Source: an uncultured Leptospiraceae bacterium
Lineage (GTDB): Bacteria; Spirochaetota; UBA4802; JAGODF01
Reading direction: 5' to 3'
NCBI GenBank assembly: GCA_964627815.1
Contig: CAZVKE010000005.1
Span: 270,083 to 334,082 of the forward strand
DNA length: 64,000 bases
The position numbers and the translations under genes were made by a program. Below the pieces are notes generated by a model. The model had not been told where the DNA came from and did no database searches. It saw only the letters and a program-made list of their open reading frames with translations. Position 1 is the first letter of the stretch, and each line of letters opens with the position of its first letter. Of the stretch, positions 1 through 10,594 are shown in pieces.

Positions 1-1318
1 TGCCGCTGATACTGCCGGCATTATAGCTGTTGATCACCATGCACCCGTTTCCGGCTATACCGCCCGCGTTGAGCGTATCGACCTTTCCCGTCGATCTAAC
101 GGAAATCGAACCGGTGTTATATGTGTTGATGCATCCGTAGACCCCGCCGAAATCGACGGAATCGCCGAAACCCTTTTTATCCCCGCCGGTTATGCCGCCA
201 ACCGAGACAAGCCTGCCTGTTTGTACGGTTACGTCGATAGATCCTTTGTTATAGATATACCCCGAATCGATGTACCTGATAGGCCTTGTATAAATCTGCC
301 GATAGGTGAATCCGGATCCCAGCACGCCGCCGATATACGCGTTTTTGATATCCCCGGTGGCCAGGAATCTCAAGGTGCCAGTGTTGTACAGGTTGGTGTA
401 ATCGCTCTTGTTCGTTTCGATAGCGACACCGCCTATCTGCACATCCTCCCCCGACGCCTTCACGGTGATGGCCCCGGTGTTGTAACAGCCCGAAAAAGCC
501 GTCTGGGATATTACGCACACGCCGGCTACCTTCAGCTTACCCGGTCTGGCGATCTTCTGAACGTTGTGCGCCCGGGCATCGAGAATGTTCCCCTCGAATG
601 CAATTGACCCGCGGTTATAGGAATTGGTGATCCTCCCGCACGAGGTGACAACACCTGCCACCACCGCATCCCCGTTGCCCTTCACCGAAATGCTCGCATC
701 ACTGAAACAGTTATCTATCTCGTCCGCCTCAACAGCAATCGCCGCCGCGTTTACCACAAGCAGCTCTTTTGCCGTTGTGCCGTGATAGGTGATGGTTGAT
801 CCCTTTCCGATCCCGAGATTTTTTATTGTTGTGGCGCTCTGAAAAAGTGCCAGCTCAATTGAAGCAACACGCGCAACATCATCGTACGTCGGCCTGGTTA
901 ATGTATTGCTGATGCGCAGATTGGCAATCACATGCCCCCCGCCGTCAAAATGTGTATCTCTCAGCGCGATGGGAGTAAACTCAAACTTTGAACCGTTCAT
1001 ATCGAGGTCGGCGGTAAGTTTCAGATAAATGCGCGTAAGGTCGTAATTAAGCCCGTTGATCCCGTTAGTCCGGCCGTATTCAACAAAATCAAACTTCTGG
1101 GCCGAGAGCCAGGAAAAATACGCCAGCTTGCCCGCGGTATCGATGATAAACGGGTTGCTCTCGCTGTTTGTTTTCGATGGATCGAGAAGGCGGAACGGAT
1201 ATTTCTTACCGTCCCATTTTCTTCCGTCCGCGGCGTTGCCGGGGGAGAAGCTGAAAAGCAGTAACGCAGCAAGGACGATCAGAGATACAGCGCAGGACCG
1301 TAAAACAGAAGGATTCAT
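1..1318 (-). CDS. Secreted repeat protein (GLUG-like Gly/Asn-rich repeats). The C-terminal part of the protein is cut off by the window edge. Start codon ATG at 1318..1316.
   Basis: Minus-strand translation begins MNPSVLRSCAVSLIVLAALLLFSFSPGNAADG..., i.e. a signal peptide. The RBS GGAGAG lies 7 nt upstream. The body carries many reiterated 'N.G.I...G...GG(I/V)' segments typical of GLUG or beta-helix-type repeats. The ORF track shows only fragments because the frame runs off the window. Confidence 0.55.
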   Translation of the reverse strand, partial: MNPSVLRSCAVSLIVLAALLLFSFSPGNAADGRKWDGKKYPFRLLDPSKTNSESNPFIIDTAGKLAYFSWLSAQKFDFVEYGRTNGINGLNYDLTRIYLKLTADLDMNGSKFEFTPIALRDTHFDGGGHVIANLRISNTLTRPTYDDVARVASIELALFQSATTIKNLGIGKGSTITYHGTTAKELLVVNAAAIAVEADEIDNCFSDASISVKGNGDAVVAGVVTSCGRITNSYNRGSIAFEGNILDARAHNVQKIARPGKLKVAGVCVISQTAFSGCYNTGAITVKASGEDVQIGGVAIETNKSDYTNLYNTGTLRFLATGDIKNAYIGGVLGSGFTYRQIYTRPIRYIDSGYIYNKGSIDVTVQTGRLVSVGGITGGDKKGFGDSVDFGGVYGCINTYNTGSISVRSTGKVDTLNAGGIAGNGCMVINSYNAGSISG

Positions 1319-1522
1319 ATGTACTCTCCAATGCTCATTTGATTGATATTATCCCGCGGGAGCAGGAGAATACAGGCCTTGAATAAACGCATCGCCCTGG
1401 TTATCCGCGAATCTGTTCAGGGGACCGTGTGAGTAAGATACTATTAATACTATCACAGGGTCAATGACTTGAAAGAATGATCAGGAAAGCAACAATAAAA
1501 TAAGAGGATGATACGACTATGA

Positions 1523-2398
1523 TTACAATCCGAGATTGACCAGCAGTATGCCCGCAATAATAATTGTTATTGCGGCGAACTTCCCGGCCCTCAGTTCCTC
1601 CTTCAGAACAATCACTCCGAGCAGGACCGCGAAGATAATTGAAAACTGGCGTATCGGGACCGCCACACTGACGGCGACTTTCTGCAACGCCAGCCTGAAA
1701 AACAGAAATGAGAAAAACAAGCCGGTCCCCCCGATCAGAACTATCCTCCGGTTTTCACGGGCGTAGCGTATGACTTCGGATTTACGCGAAATGATCATGT
1801 ATACCATCATATTCAGGGACATGAACCCGATGATAAAGAAAAGATAGGTGGTGAGGGGGAATGCCGACACCACGTATTTATCGAAAATCGCCCCGAAAGA
1901 ATACACAAAAGACGCGGCAATCGCGAAACGGGCGCCGGCGGAATCCATTTTGAACCTGAAGACATTCAATATCTCTCCCATGGAAAAACCTTTCAACTGG
2001 ATCGCGATGGCGCCAAGGACCGTAATAACGATCCCGGCCGCCGTCAGCACCGATATCTTTTCCCCGAGCAGAAAGAAGGCCCAGATCGGGATGAACAACG
2101 GGCTCAGTACTGATAGCGGATAATTCGTGGAAATATTTCCCCCTTTCCGGTATGAAATATTCACGAATACCTGGTACAGGACATAAAACAGCGACGCGCC
2201 GTAGATATATGGGATCTTATCCCACTGAATATTCTTATATCCGCCCGTACCAAGAATGACAGGGAACGAGATCAGGGTCGCGACAATAAAAACCGCGGTC
2301 AGATAGAACTGATCGCCGTCTTTCTTGCGCATCAGGAAATTGTAAAACGCGTGAAGGAATGAAGACAGCACTATGAATGAAAAATATATGATGCTCAT
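1523..2398 (-). CDS. DMT-superfamily (EamA-like) permease, about 10 TM helices
   Basis: 291-aa protein made almost entirely of hydrophobic helices. It has the duplicated EamA-type arrangement, and the C-terminal half repeats the pattern of the N-terminal half. Confidence 0.6.
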   Translation of the reverse strand: MSIIYFSFIVLSSFLHAFYNFLMRKKDGDQFYLTAVFIVATLISFPVILGTGGYKNIQWDKIPYIYGASLFYVLYQVFVNISYRKGGNISTNYPLSVLSPLFIPIWAFFLLGEKISVLTAAGIVITVLGAIAIQLKGFSMGEILNVFRFKMDSAGARFAIAASFVYSFGAIFDKYVVSAFPLTTYLFFIIGFMSLNMMVYMIISRKSEVIRYARENRRIVLIGGTGLFFSFLFFRLALQKVAVSVAVPIRQFSIIFAVLLGVIVLKEELRAGKFAAITIIIAGILLVNLGL

Positions 2399-2764
2399 GG
2401 GGATATTGACTCTTTTGGATTCATAGATTTATATTTCTTTTAATCCGTTTTTCTCTGCGATATTACACGAAACTATCAACACACTTTCTTTTTGAAGATG
2501 AAAAAAAACCACGTCAATCTGATTTTATATTAAAATAGAGATGATTTTTTTCCACTTCAGGTCCTGAACTACTTTTCAAAAACCCACGCGAAAAAAATTG
2601 ACATACAACTATATGAGGTACACAATAGTACTATAAAATTAAAAGGAGTCACCCCATTCCGATGAAAAACGCTGACTGAAAAAGAAAGAGAGCCTTTTAA
2701 AAGATCCTCTCTTTCGCCGCAATCCCCGGCCGGCAGGCCGTAATATCATTACAGGGAGAGGACC

Positions 2765-4303
2765 ATGTCAGCAGCCAATCTGAAATTCATCGACGTAACC
2801 TTTTCATACCAGAGTTCCGAACCGATCATCTCATCGCTGAACCTTCATTTCGCCAGGGGCTGGACCGGCATCGTCGGTCCGAACGGGGCCGGTAAGTCCA
2901 CTGTCGCAAAGCTCGCCGCGGGAATACTCACGCCGACAGCCGGGACAGTCGTTCACACGGGCCCCCTTCGCGCCCTTTACTGCGAGCAGGATACCGCCGA
3001 ACTTCCGGACGGTGCGGACCGTTTCATGTCGGGCACAGGGGCGCATTCGGGGAAGCTCCGTTCACTCCTCGGCATAGAGGATGACTGGATAGAGCGATGG
3101 CGCACCCTGAGCCACGGCGAGCGGAAGCGCTTTCAGGCAGGAGTCGCGCTCTGGAGCGAGCCGGATATACTCGTCCTCGACGAGCCGGTAAACCATGTCG
3201 ACATGCGTACGAAGGACCTGCTTCTCACATCACTCCGGACCTTCAAAGGGATAGGGATCATCGTTTCCCATGAAAGGAGCTTTCTCGACGCGCTCTGCGA
3301 CACATGTCTCTTCATGCGGCCAGGCGAGGCCGTGCTGCGGCGCGGCAACTTCAGCAAAGGCTTCGAGCAGCAGGAGCTTGAGGACGAGGCACGCGAGCGG
3401 AAATACCTGAACGCGCGCGCGTACGCCCATGACATGAAGAAGAGGGCGAACCTCGTGAAACAGCGGGAAAGCGCAAAAGAGAACAGGCTCACCAAGCGGG
3501 GCATCGCGCGGCACGACCATGACGCGAAAGGCAGGATCGACGGCGCGCGTCTTACCGGGAAGGATAAAACAGGAAGCCGCAAGGCGAAACTTCTTGCAAA
3601 CAGGGCCGAGGAGTCCGCGGGTGAGGCCTCATCGCTCTACTTCAAACAGCGGAAGGTGGAGGGGATACTTTTCCGGGGAGAGCGTTCCATGCGTGACAGC
3701 CTGTTCCAGATGGATACACAGAGCATCCCGCTCGGGCCGGCAAAGCGGCTCTTCGTGCCCGATCTGCGGATACTCCCCGCCGACAGGATCGCGATCATCG
3801 GCGACAACGGTACCGGCAAAAGCACGCTCCTTAACTTCGTCGTTCGACGGATACACCTCGCGCCCGGACAGGTTGTGTACATACCTCAGGAGATCGACAC
3901 GGATCTGTGGGATAGCGTGAACACCGATATGATGTCGCTCGCCGGCAGGGATGCGGGGCTCGTCTACACCGCCGTGCACCGCCTCGGCTCGGAGCCCGAC
4001 CGCGTGATCGGATCACAAAACCCGAGTCCCGGCGAGAAACGGAAGATAATGCTCGCCCTCGGCCTGCTGAAGAAGCCGTCCATTCTCATCATGGACGAGC
4101 CGACCAACCATATGGATATGCCCTCGATCCGCTGCATAGAGGACGCACTCCGCCAGTTCACCGGCGCGCTTGTCGTGGTTAGCCACGATCCGGTGTTCAT
4201 ACGGAACACCTCGGAAACCGTCTGGGAACTTCGAAGCCGCGGGACGGATACGGAGCTGAGGATTGCGGATATTGAAATTTTCTCCGGTTACGGGATGAAG
4301 TGA
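2765..4303 (+). CDS. ABC-F family ATPase (two tandem ABC ATPase domains, no TM domain)
   Basis: First domain: Walker A GPNGAGKST, signature LSHGERKRF, Walker B ILVLDEP. Second domain: GDNGTGKST, SPGEKRKIMLALGL, ILIMDEPTNHMD. A charged linker lies between the domains. RBS GGGAGAGG precedes the ATG. Confidence 0.8.
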   Translation: MSAANLKFIDVTFSYQSSEPIISSLNLHFARGWTGIVGPNGAGKSTVAKLAAGILTPTAGTVVHTGPLRALYCEQDTAELPDGADRFMSGTGAHSGKLRSLLGIEDDWIERWRTLSHGERKRFQAGVALWSEPDILVLDEPVNHVDMRTKDLLLTSLRTFKGIGIIVSHERSFLDALCDTCLFMRPGEAVLRRGNFSKGFEQQELEDEARERKYLNARAYAHDMKKRANLVKQRESAKENRLTKRGIARHDHDAKGRIDGARLTGKDKTGSRKAKLLANRAEESAGEASSLYFKQRKVEGILFRGERSMRDSLFQMDTQSIPLGPAKRLFVPDLRILPADRIAIIGDNGTGKSTLLNFVVRRIHLAPGQVVYIPQEIDTDLWDSVNTDMMSLAGRDAGLVYTAVHRLGSEPDRVIGSQNPSPGEKRKIMLALGLLKKPSILIMDEPTNHMDMPSIRCIEDALRQFTGALVVVSHDPVFIRNTSETVWELRSRGTDTELRIADIEIFSGYGMK

Positions 4304-4350
4304 CCCCATCCGGATCTCCCGCCTCACCCCTGCCTCGCATAAGCTCGGTT

Positions 4351-4376
4351 CCCCCTCTCTTTAAAAAGAGAGGGGG
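4351..4376 (+). terminator. GC-rich perfect hairpin downstream of the ABC-F gene; no T-tract follows
   Basis: ccccctctctt-taaa-aagagaggggg forms an 11-bp perfect stem. Confidence 0.35.
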
Positions 4377-4886
4377 ATCGAGGAGGTGAGTTCGCTTCAT
4401 TCGCCCGCAGGCCAGAAGTGGTTTGCATCCATGTCCAGTGTCTCATAGCGATTTCTTCTTCGTCCTTCTTGTAACAACACAAAAAGGACGCAAAAAAGCC
4501 GCGGCTCATTCGTCTATGTGTATTGATACAGTATTCACCTGACACATTCCTCTGAAAGCTAATGTTCAAGCTACACTATTTGAGTTCATTTCGTCCGGAT
4601 CCCCCGACCGTATTCCAGCAACAAGTGCCTGTTGCCCCGTATAATCGGTCTGTATGTGACGCTCGCGGTATTCCGGATTAAATCGCTCCAGCAAGCGTAT
4701 CCGGTTCTCATTCAATAGACTGTTAAAAAATTTTTACGCTGTTTCGGAATGAATTTGCGATGGAGCGGCGGGATTGAACGATTGCCGGGCGGGGAATGCC
4801 TGCCCGGCGATGCTTATGTGAGAGGAATGTAAGGAGCGCGTGAACGCGGCGTAATCGCGAAATCACCCGCGTCCCGCGCCTGTGCG

Positions 4887-6128
4887 TCAGGCGGCTTTTT
4901 TCTCTTTGAGCTTCGGCGTGCCGATGAACGCGGTAATTGCGAGCGCCACAACCGCGATAATCAGCAGCAGCTTGATTCCGCCCGCATACGATCCTGACGC
5001 GTCGTAAAACTTGCCCAGCAGCACCGAGCCGATCGCAAGCCCCAGTATCTGGAAGAGCCCCGCGATGCCCACCAGCTTGCTGAAGTGCTCGATACCGAAC
5101 TTCTCGCCCAGAAACAGCGGGAAGAGCGTCGGGAACGATCCGAGTGCGATGCCGTAGAAGAGCACGAACGCCCAGACCAGCGCGCCGTGGGCCGCCAGGT
5201 AGAAGACCGTGCCCAGCCCGATGATGTGGAACACCCAGATCACCAGGAGCAGGAGCTTCTTGGATACCCTGTCGGCCAGCCCGCCGAACACCACGCGGCC
5301 TATCACGCTGGCGCCGAGCGTGAGGCTCCAGAACAGCCCCGCTCCCGCGACGCTCAGGCTGCCCAGCATCGCGATGGCGTGCTGCGTCATGCCGCCGAGG
5401 ATCACGCTGTAAAGCGCCATGATGAGGCAGGTGAGGAAGAAGGCGAGCGTGCCAAACGCCTGGCCGACCGTGAAGTTGACGCCCGATGCCGCGCTCTGCG
5501 CCGCGCCCGACGCGGCGCTTTCTCCGTCAGGCACCAGCCCCATGTCCTGCGGCCTGTCTTTTATTATCAGAAGAATCACCGGCACCACCAGTCCGAGCAC
5601 GATGAGCCCCAGCACGCGGTAGGCCCACCGCCAGTCCATGGCGGCCACGACCTGGCTCGCGATGAACACCATCGCCATTCCGCCGACGCCCACCCCTGTC
5701 ATGATGATGCCCATGGCGAGACCGCGCTTTTTCACGAACCAGTAAGAGATGGTGGTCTGCGAGGGCACAAGCCCCACCGACGCCAGGCCCACCGCCAGAA
5801 AGATGAAGACTGCGTAATACTGCCATAGATGCTGGATGGTGCTCAGCAGCAGAAGCCCGGTTCCCGTCAGCAGCGCGCCCGTGAGCTGAACCTTTTTGAT
5901 CCCGAGTTTGGCCACCGCGATTCCCACCACCGGGCTCAGAAGGCCCACCAGCAGCGCGGCGATGGTGAAGCCCAGCGACACCTGGGTTTTCGTCCAGCCG
6001 AACGCCGCCTGGAGCGGCTCCAGGAACACCGAGACGGTATAGAATCCCGAACACAGACCGGCGAACAGGACGATGAATGTTGCGACGACAATCCACCATC
6101 CGTAGAAAATTTTACCTTCCCTGCCCAT
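4887..6128 (-). CDS. MFS transporter (12 TM helices). The ORF extends to 6161, but the internal ATG at 6128 has the better RBS (AGGGGA).
   Basis: A hydrophobic 12-helix protein with a central cytoplasmic loop, as in MFS transporters. The ORF-track start is MRQIKQQGIGFMGREG...; the second Met is preceded by AGGGGA. Confidence 0.65.
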   Translation of the reverse strand: MGREGKIFYGWWIVVATFIVLFAGLCSGFYTVSVFLEPLQAAFGWTKTQVSLGFTIAALLVGLLSPVVGIAVAKLGIKKVQLTGALLTGTGLLLLSTIQHLWQYYAVFIFLAVGLASVGLVPSQTTISYWFVKKRGLAMGIIMTGVGVGGMAMVFIASQVVAAMDWRWAYRVLGLIVLGLVVPVILLIIKDRPQDMGLVPDGESAASGAAQSAASGVNFTVGQAFGTLAFFLTCLIMALYSVILGGMTQHAIAMLGSLSVAGAGLFWSLTLGASVIGRVVFGGLADRVSKKLLLLVIWVFHIIGLGTVFYLAAHGALVWAFVLFYGIALGSFPTLFPLFLGEKFGIEHFSKLVGIAGLFQILGLAIGSVLLGKFYDASGSYAGGIKLLLIIAVVALAITAFIGTPKLKEKKAA

Positions 6129-6349
6129 AAATCCAATCCCCTGTTGTTTTATTTGACGCATGTTAGCATGGTTCTTTTTTATTGATTATTTTCAAATAAT
6201 GTCAATCATAAAAATCCTGAATGCTAACCCCGGTGGTGATAACAGTTCACGGGAGTTTGTGATATGGAGATGATGGTGGGGGTTGTCATGCAATCAGCCG
6301 AGTTTTCACGGCGGAAGGCGACGATCATGACCGTCGCCTTCCACTCTGT

Positions 6350-6596
6350 GCTTGCCGTCGAGCCAGGGGGGCACATGCGTGATGAATAACTGGCTGCCGT
6401 TGGTCCGGGCACGGCGTTTGCCATCGAGAGGACGCCCGGGCGGCCATGCTTCAATGCCGGCGCGCTTGTCGTGGTAAGCCACGATCCGATGTTCATACAG
6501 AACACCTCGTAAACTATCTGGAAGCTACAAAGCAGCGGGAAGGATACGGAGCTGAGGATTGCGGGTACTGAAATCCTCTGCACTTACGGGATGAAG
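6350..6596 (+). pseudogene. Decayed duplicate of the 3' end of the upstream ABC-F gene
   Basis: 6457..6596 aligns base-for-base with 4161..4300, the last ~140 nt of the ABC-F CDS, at roughly 85% identity. In the ABC-F reading frame the copy reads VVVSHDPMFIQNTS*, i.e. it has a premature stop. Weaker similarity continues upstream to about 6350. Confidence 0.7.
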
Positions 6597-7002
6597 CCTC
6601 TCAGATGAGCGATGCAATGCCTGATGACCCGCGTGGCCTCATCACACGGGGGTTAGGATGACCGAATGTAATTAACTTTTTATTTTCACGGGTGAAAGGC
6701 TCCGCCCTTCCCCCGTGCACCCCCATCCCGCCGCTCAAGCGCCGCGTGGGCTTGGCCTTACTTCAATTATTCCATCCATCTGATGCGGCCTGCGAAACGG
6801 CATCCTGCCGTCTCGGCCGTGCTCGCTCGGCCTCCTGCCTCGCTCGTCGTGGTGTTCATGGTAAAATCCCGCAGAAAATTTTTGTAAGCAGATTACAGGC
6901 CACGATCAAATCTAATACTTTCGATGTGACTTTCTTCCTCCATCGCCGGTCACGATGACCGGCGGTTCAGCGTACCGCATGGATGCGGTTTACGTTGAAC
7001 GA

Positions 7003-7073
7003 AAGCCCCGCGCAGCGGCGGCTTTTTCTTTGGTACACCTTTCTTTTTCGCCGGTGAAAAAGAAAGGTGTAAT
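7003..7073 (+). terminator. Two consecutive strong hairpins; the first is followed by a T-tract
   Basis: agcc-ccgc-gca-gcgg-c-ggct is followed by ttttcttt. Immediately after comes the perfect 14-bp palindrome acacctttcttttt-cgccggtg-aaaaagaaaggtgt. Confidence 0.4.
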
Positions 7074-7188
7074 ATGCACGTTCATGCCATGAACAATTTT
7101 GCTCCTTTTCAAAAAAGTATAAGAAAAAAGTGTCATCCCCTTCGGAGAAACCGCACTACTATACATCACACCTTCCGGAGGAACAACA

Positions 7189-7656
7189 ATGACACGAATA
7201 ACTCTCGCAGACGAATTCGCATCACTCTACGGCCGCGTCGGGGACGTCGTTATAGTCAGAAGATGGAAAAGGCATTACATGCGCCCCTATGTCAAACCTG
7301 CAAATCCCGATACAGCGGCGCAGCGTGAAAGGCGGGGCGCGTTCAGGGAAGCGGTGAAAGCATGGCAGGCGCTCCCGGATGAGCAAAGACGGGTATGGAA
7401 TGCCCGCGCACGAAAGGATCAGAGGAGCGGCTACAACGCATTTCTATCCCACCGCCTGATTGAAAGAGGCGATACTTCTCCCGCCGCTGAGCGTCCGGTA
7501 GTGATTGAAGGAACGCGGAGCAGGGCGAGCTTCCTCATTCGTCCGGGGAACTGCCGCTCTTCCTTCGCTCCTCTCTCCCGGGGATCACGTTACTCCTCCG
7601 TTTGCGTCAAAATTCCTCGCAAAAAACGGAGCGGAGCGCCGAACAGGCGGGTGTAA
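7189..7656 (+). CDS. Hypothetical protein; the C-terminal third is low-complexity
   Basis: Good RBS GGAGGA 7 nt before the ATG. No recognisable motif. Confidence 0.35.
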   Translation: MTRITLADEFASLYGRVGDVVIVRRWKRHYMRPYVKPANPDTAAQRERRGAFREAVKAWQALPDEQRRVWNARARKDQRSGYNAFLSHRLIERGDTSPAAERPVVIEGTRSRASFLIRPGNCRSSFAPLSRGSRYSSVCVKIPRKKRSGAPNRRV

Positions 7657-7908
7657 GGGCCCGCTATCGCGGGATTTTCTTCGCAGTGTTTTCTTTTTAA
7701 GAAAGGTATCATGGGTCCGAGGGTTCCCCGGGCAGCGCGCATATTCCGCCCGGAGGCTATCTGTATCCCCCCTTTGAAAAAATCATTGACGTAATCGCCT
7801 CGCGGTTAAAAGTAAAGACCCGCGGCGCCAAAGGCCGCGACAAGACCAACGAAATCCGTTTCGCGCGCCCTGCCACAGGCCAGACGCGGAAAGGAGAGGA
7901 GAGAGGAC

Positions 7909-8865
7909 GTGCGGATACGCGAGCTTCAGAAAGCCCTTGAGGAGACGATATTTGCCGGCCAGGCGCACCGGGCCGGGGTATTTACCGAGCTGCACAAACA
8001 GCCGGACACGGCCGCCGGGCTTGCGAAGCGGATGGCGTTTGATGAGCGCTGCACCTTCGTGCTTCTCGAGGCGCTCGTCGAGATGGGCTACCTCACCTCC
8101 GACAGCGGCACCTACCGGGTAACGAAGGATACATTCGACCGCCTGGTGGACAGCCAGGGCGACGAATACGAGGGCGATTTCTGGAGCTTTCTCCTTTACC
8201 TTGTGAACCCCTGGCAGAGCCTTCCGTATGTCCTGAAGCACGGCGAGCCGAACAAGTCGAGCTATAAGGACTTCTCGATGAAGGATTTCATCGAGGGGAT
8301 GAACTCTCCCTGGAAGAAGAAAATAGCCCCCGAGATCGTGGATATATGCATCCGCTGTCACGGTCGCGATCCGAAGGTGGTCGCCGACATCGGCGGCGCG
8401 CCGGGAACGATGTCACTCGAGTTCGTGCGCAGGGGCATGAAAGCGATCGTCTTCGACCTGCCCGAATCGCTCGCCGTCACGAAGGATCGCCTTTCGAAAG
8501 TGAAGGGGATCGAGGTGGTCGGCGGCGACGCGACGAAGGAGCTTCCGGACGGAAAGTACGATATCGCCTTCCTCGGCAACATCTGCCACGGCCAGTCTCC
8601 CGAGGACAACGAGAAGATCATCCGCATGTGCTACGAGCACCTGAACGGGGACGGCATCGTCGTCGTCTTCGACAACCTTCGCGGCGAGAGCTACCTTGGA
8701 GCGACGGTCGCCCTGCACATGATCGTCCAGAGCCCCCGCGGCGATATCTACACCCGCGCTCAGTACGCGGAGTGGCTCACGAAGGCGGGCTTCACCAACA
8801 TAGCGGTTGAGCAGATCTCCGATAAGGCGTGGCAGCTCATGATCGGCTACAAACAGGGGAGGTGA
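7909..8865 (+). CDS. Class I SAM-dependent O-methyltransferase with an N-terminal winged-helix dimerisation domain
   Basis: SAM-binding motif VADIGGAPG, then DLP...GGD and a downstream acidic-loop motif, with an N-terminal helical/HTH domain. A GTG start is preceded by AGGAGAG. Confidence 0.7.
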   Translation: MRIRELQKALEETIFAGQAHRAGVFTELHKQPDTAAGLAKRMAFDERCTFVLLEALVEMGYLTSDSGTYRVTKDTFDRLVDSQGDEYEGDFWSFLLYLVNPWQSLPYVLKHGEPNKSSYKDFSMKDFIEGMNSPWKKKIAPEIVDICIRCHGRDPKVVADIGGAPGTMSLEFVRRGMKAIVFDLPESLAVTKDRLSKVKGIEVVGGDATKELPDGKYDIAFLGNICHGQSPEDNEKIIRMCYEHLNGDGIVVVFDNLRGESYLGATVALHMIVQSPRGDIYTRAQYAEWLTKAGFTNIAVEQISDKAWQLMIGYKQGR

Positions 8866-8867
8866 GT

Positions 8868-9185
8868 ATGGACTATATCCGTATCTGGACCGAGGTGGAT
8901 ATCAAGGACGTGCAGGAGCATATCATCATCGTCGATGACAGGTTCGGGTTCTGCCCGGGATGCAAGGAGATGGGCATGAGGATAGACAACCTGACCAAAT
9001 GCACCAAGTGCGGGCGCGAGTTCCGCTACGTCACCTCGCGCGAATCGGCGCAGGGTGGCGGCAAGGGCTTCGAGATCATGACGCGCATCAAAAAGAAGAT
9101 GCCGGGGCTGATCTTCGTCGACTATGCCGACTACGAGCGCACCACCGGCAAGAAGAAGGCGGAGACGCTTTTCGGGGGGATATAA
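8868..9185 (+). CDS. Small zinc-ribbon protein (CxxC...CxxC)
   Basis: Contains FCPGCKEMG...CTKCGREF. GGAGG RBS precedes the ATG at 8868. The longer ORF-track version would overlap the methyltransferase. Confidence 0.5.
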   Translation: MDYIRIWTEVDIKDVQEHIIIVDDRFGFCPGCKEMGMRIDNLTKCTKCGREFRYVTSRESAQGGGKGFEIMTRIKKKMPGLIFVDYADYERTTGKKKAETLFGGI

Positions 9186-9188
9186 CCC

Positions 9189-9749
9189 TCAGTAGTCGCT
9201 CCACGACTCGTGGATTTCCTTTATCAGGATCACCAGGTCGGCCCACTTTCCGTTCCTGTCTTCAAGGAAGTTTTTAAGCGTGGCCTGGGGGATAAAATTC
9301 GCGCGCTTCGCCGCGATGATCGCCGCGTCGTCCTTTCCCACGACAAGCTCAATCTTCAGCACCTCCAGCCCCAGGTGCGCGGCAACGGTCCCGAGCTCTA
9401 TCATCATCCACGACCCGAGGCGCCTGCTCTTGTGCGCCGGGTCCACGAGGACGGTGATCTCCCCGATATGCCGGCGCGCGCCGAACGGCGTGTAATGCAG
9501 GATCGCCATCCCTATGATCACCGCGCCCTCGAGCGCGACGATATGCACGTTCTCCTTCGGGTCCATGCACCGTATGAAGCTGTCAAGCGAGGCCGCGTCG
9601 GTCAGGTCCTTCGAAAGCACCCAGAGGTCGTCGCCCGACACGCGGGTGAAGAAATCGGCGATCGCCTCCCGGTCATCCTCGCGCGCCGGCCGGAGGACAC
9701 ATTCGCTCCGGTCCTTGAGTACTATCGTCTTGGGGTATTCTTCAAACAT
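9189..9749 (-). CDS. GNAT-family N-acetyltransferase
   Basis: Acetyl-CoA-binding-like segment VALEGAVIIGMAILH...RRLGSWMM. The likely start is MFEEYPKT at 9749; the ORF extends to 9827. Confidence 0.6.
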   Translation of the reverse strand: MFEEYPKTIVLKDRSECVLRPAREDDREAIADFFTRVSGDDLWVLSKDLTDAASLDSFIRCMDPKENVHIVALEGAVIIGMAILHYTPFGARRHIGEITVLVDPAHKSRRLGSWMMIELGTVAAHLGLEVLKIELVVGKDDAAIIAAKRANFIPQATLKNFLEDRNGKWADLVILIKEIHESWSDY

Positions 9750-9958
9750 CGCAGGGCCTCTCTTATGCCGGTGAACTGTATCCGCCGCATGGAAATTTGC
9801 AAATACTAAATCGGGCAAAAAATACAATTTTGCATACTCCGCGCGGCATATTTGTCTTGACTAAAAAGGCCTCGGGCCGTATACACTCTAACCGTGTACT
9901 TCGATCTCCGGGTCGCACTGTCGTACTGCCGCGCATTCCGACACGAGAAGAGAGGGTA

Positions 9959-10588
9959 ATGGTAAGGAAGCTCATAGTTTCGCTCGCGGTGTTTGCCTGT
10001 TTCTCGGCTTCCGCGGCCTCTGCCGAAGAGCATATCGGGCTTGGCGTCCACATCGGCGCGCATCACGATGTCGGCAATTTCTCCGACCAGAACCCTTCGG
10101 CCATGACCGATCCCCAGAACAGCCTCCTGCTCGGCTTCTCGTTCAAGGCCAATATCGGCTTCGTCTTCCTCCGCACCGGCTTCGATTATTCCTATGTGCT
10201 CAACAGGGGCAAGGTGCTCGAAAACTCTGACACAGTCGCCAGCTACTCGATCAAATATGTCTGCGTGCCCGGCTTCCTCGGCTTCCGCTTTCCCGTGAGG
10301 GAGCGCGGTGAGTTTTACATGGGAGCAGGGATGGCGTATTTCATCACCTCGGGCGACGTGAAGCTCGCCTCCGGCACCTCGGAGGACATCTCGGCGATCA
10401 GTTACGGCTACGGCTTTATCACCGGCATCGAGTTCAAGCTCCTCCCCGAAGTCAGGCTTTACATGGAGTGGGAATACTTTGACGCGCGCTCCGACGCGCA
10501 GGTGCAGACCACGGGATCGTGGAAGAACTATTACGTCGATTACACGGGACACCGCGTCCTCCTGGGCGTGATGTATTACCTTCTGTAG
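9959..10588 (+). CDS. Outer-membrane beta-barrel protein, paralog 1 (signal peptide; Y/F-rich amphipathic strands)
   Basis: Signal peptide MVRKLIVSLAVFACFSASAASAEE. Alternating aromatic beta-strand pattern. C-terminus ...LLGVMYYLL. Confidence 0.6.
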   Translation: MVRKLIVSLAVFACFSASAASAEEHIGLGVHIGAHHDVGNFSDQNPSAMTDPQNSLLLGFSFKANIGFVFLRTGFDYSYVLNRGKVLENSDTVASYSIKYVCVPGFLGFRFPVRERGEFYMGAGMAYFITSGDVKLASGTSEDISAISYGYGFITGIEFKLLPEVRLYMEWEYFDARSDAQVQTTGSWKNYYVDYTGHRVLLGVMYYLL

Positions 10589-10594
10589 GGTGCC

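Noticed and set aside
5085-6099. 247-aa and 190-aa ORFs inside the MFS transporter region
   Set aside because: These are antisense or alternative frames of a clear 12-TM transporter gene. They have an R/H/G-rich low-complexity composition.
6224-6583. 119-aa minus-strand ORF
   Set aside because: It covers the decayed ABC-F duplicate on the opposite strand and has no RBS or motif.
7783-8361. 192-aa minus ORF, and the 8346..8810 and 8413..8718 ORFs
   Set aside because: They overlap the well-supported O-methyltransferase gene in other frames.
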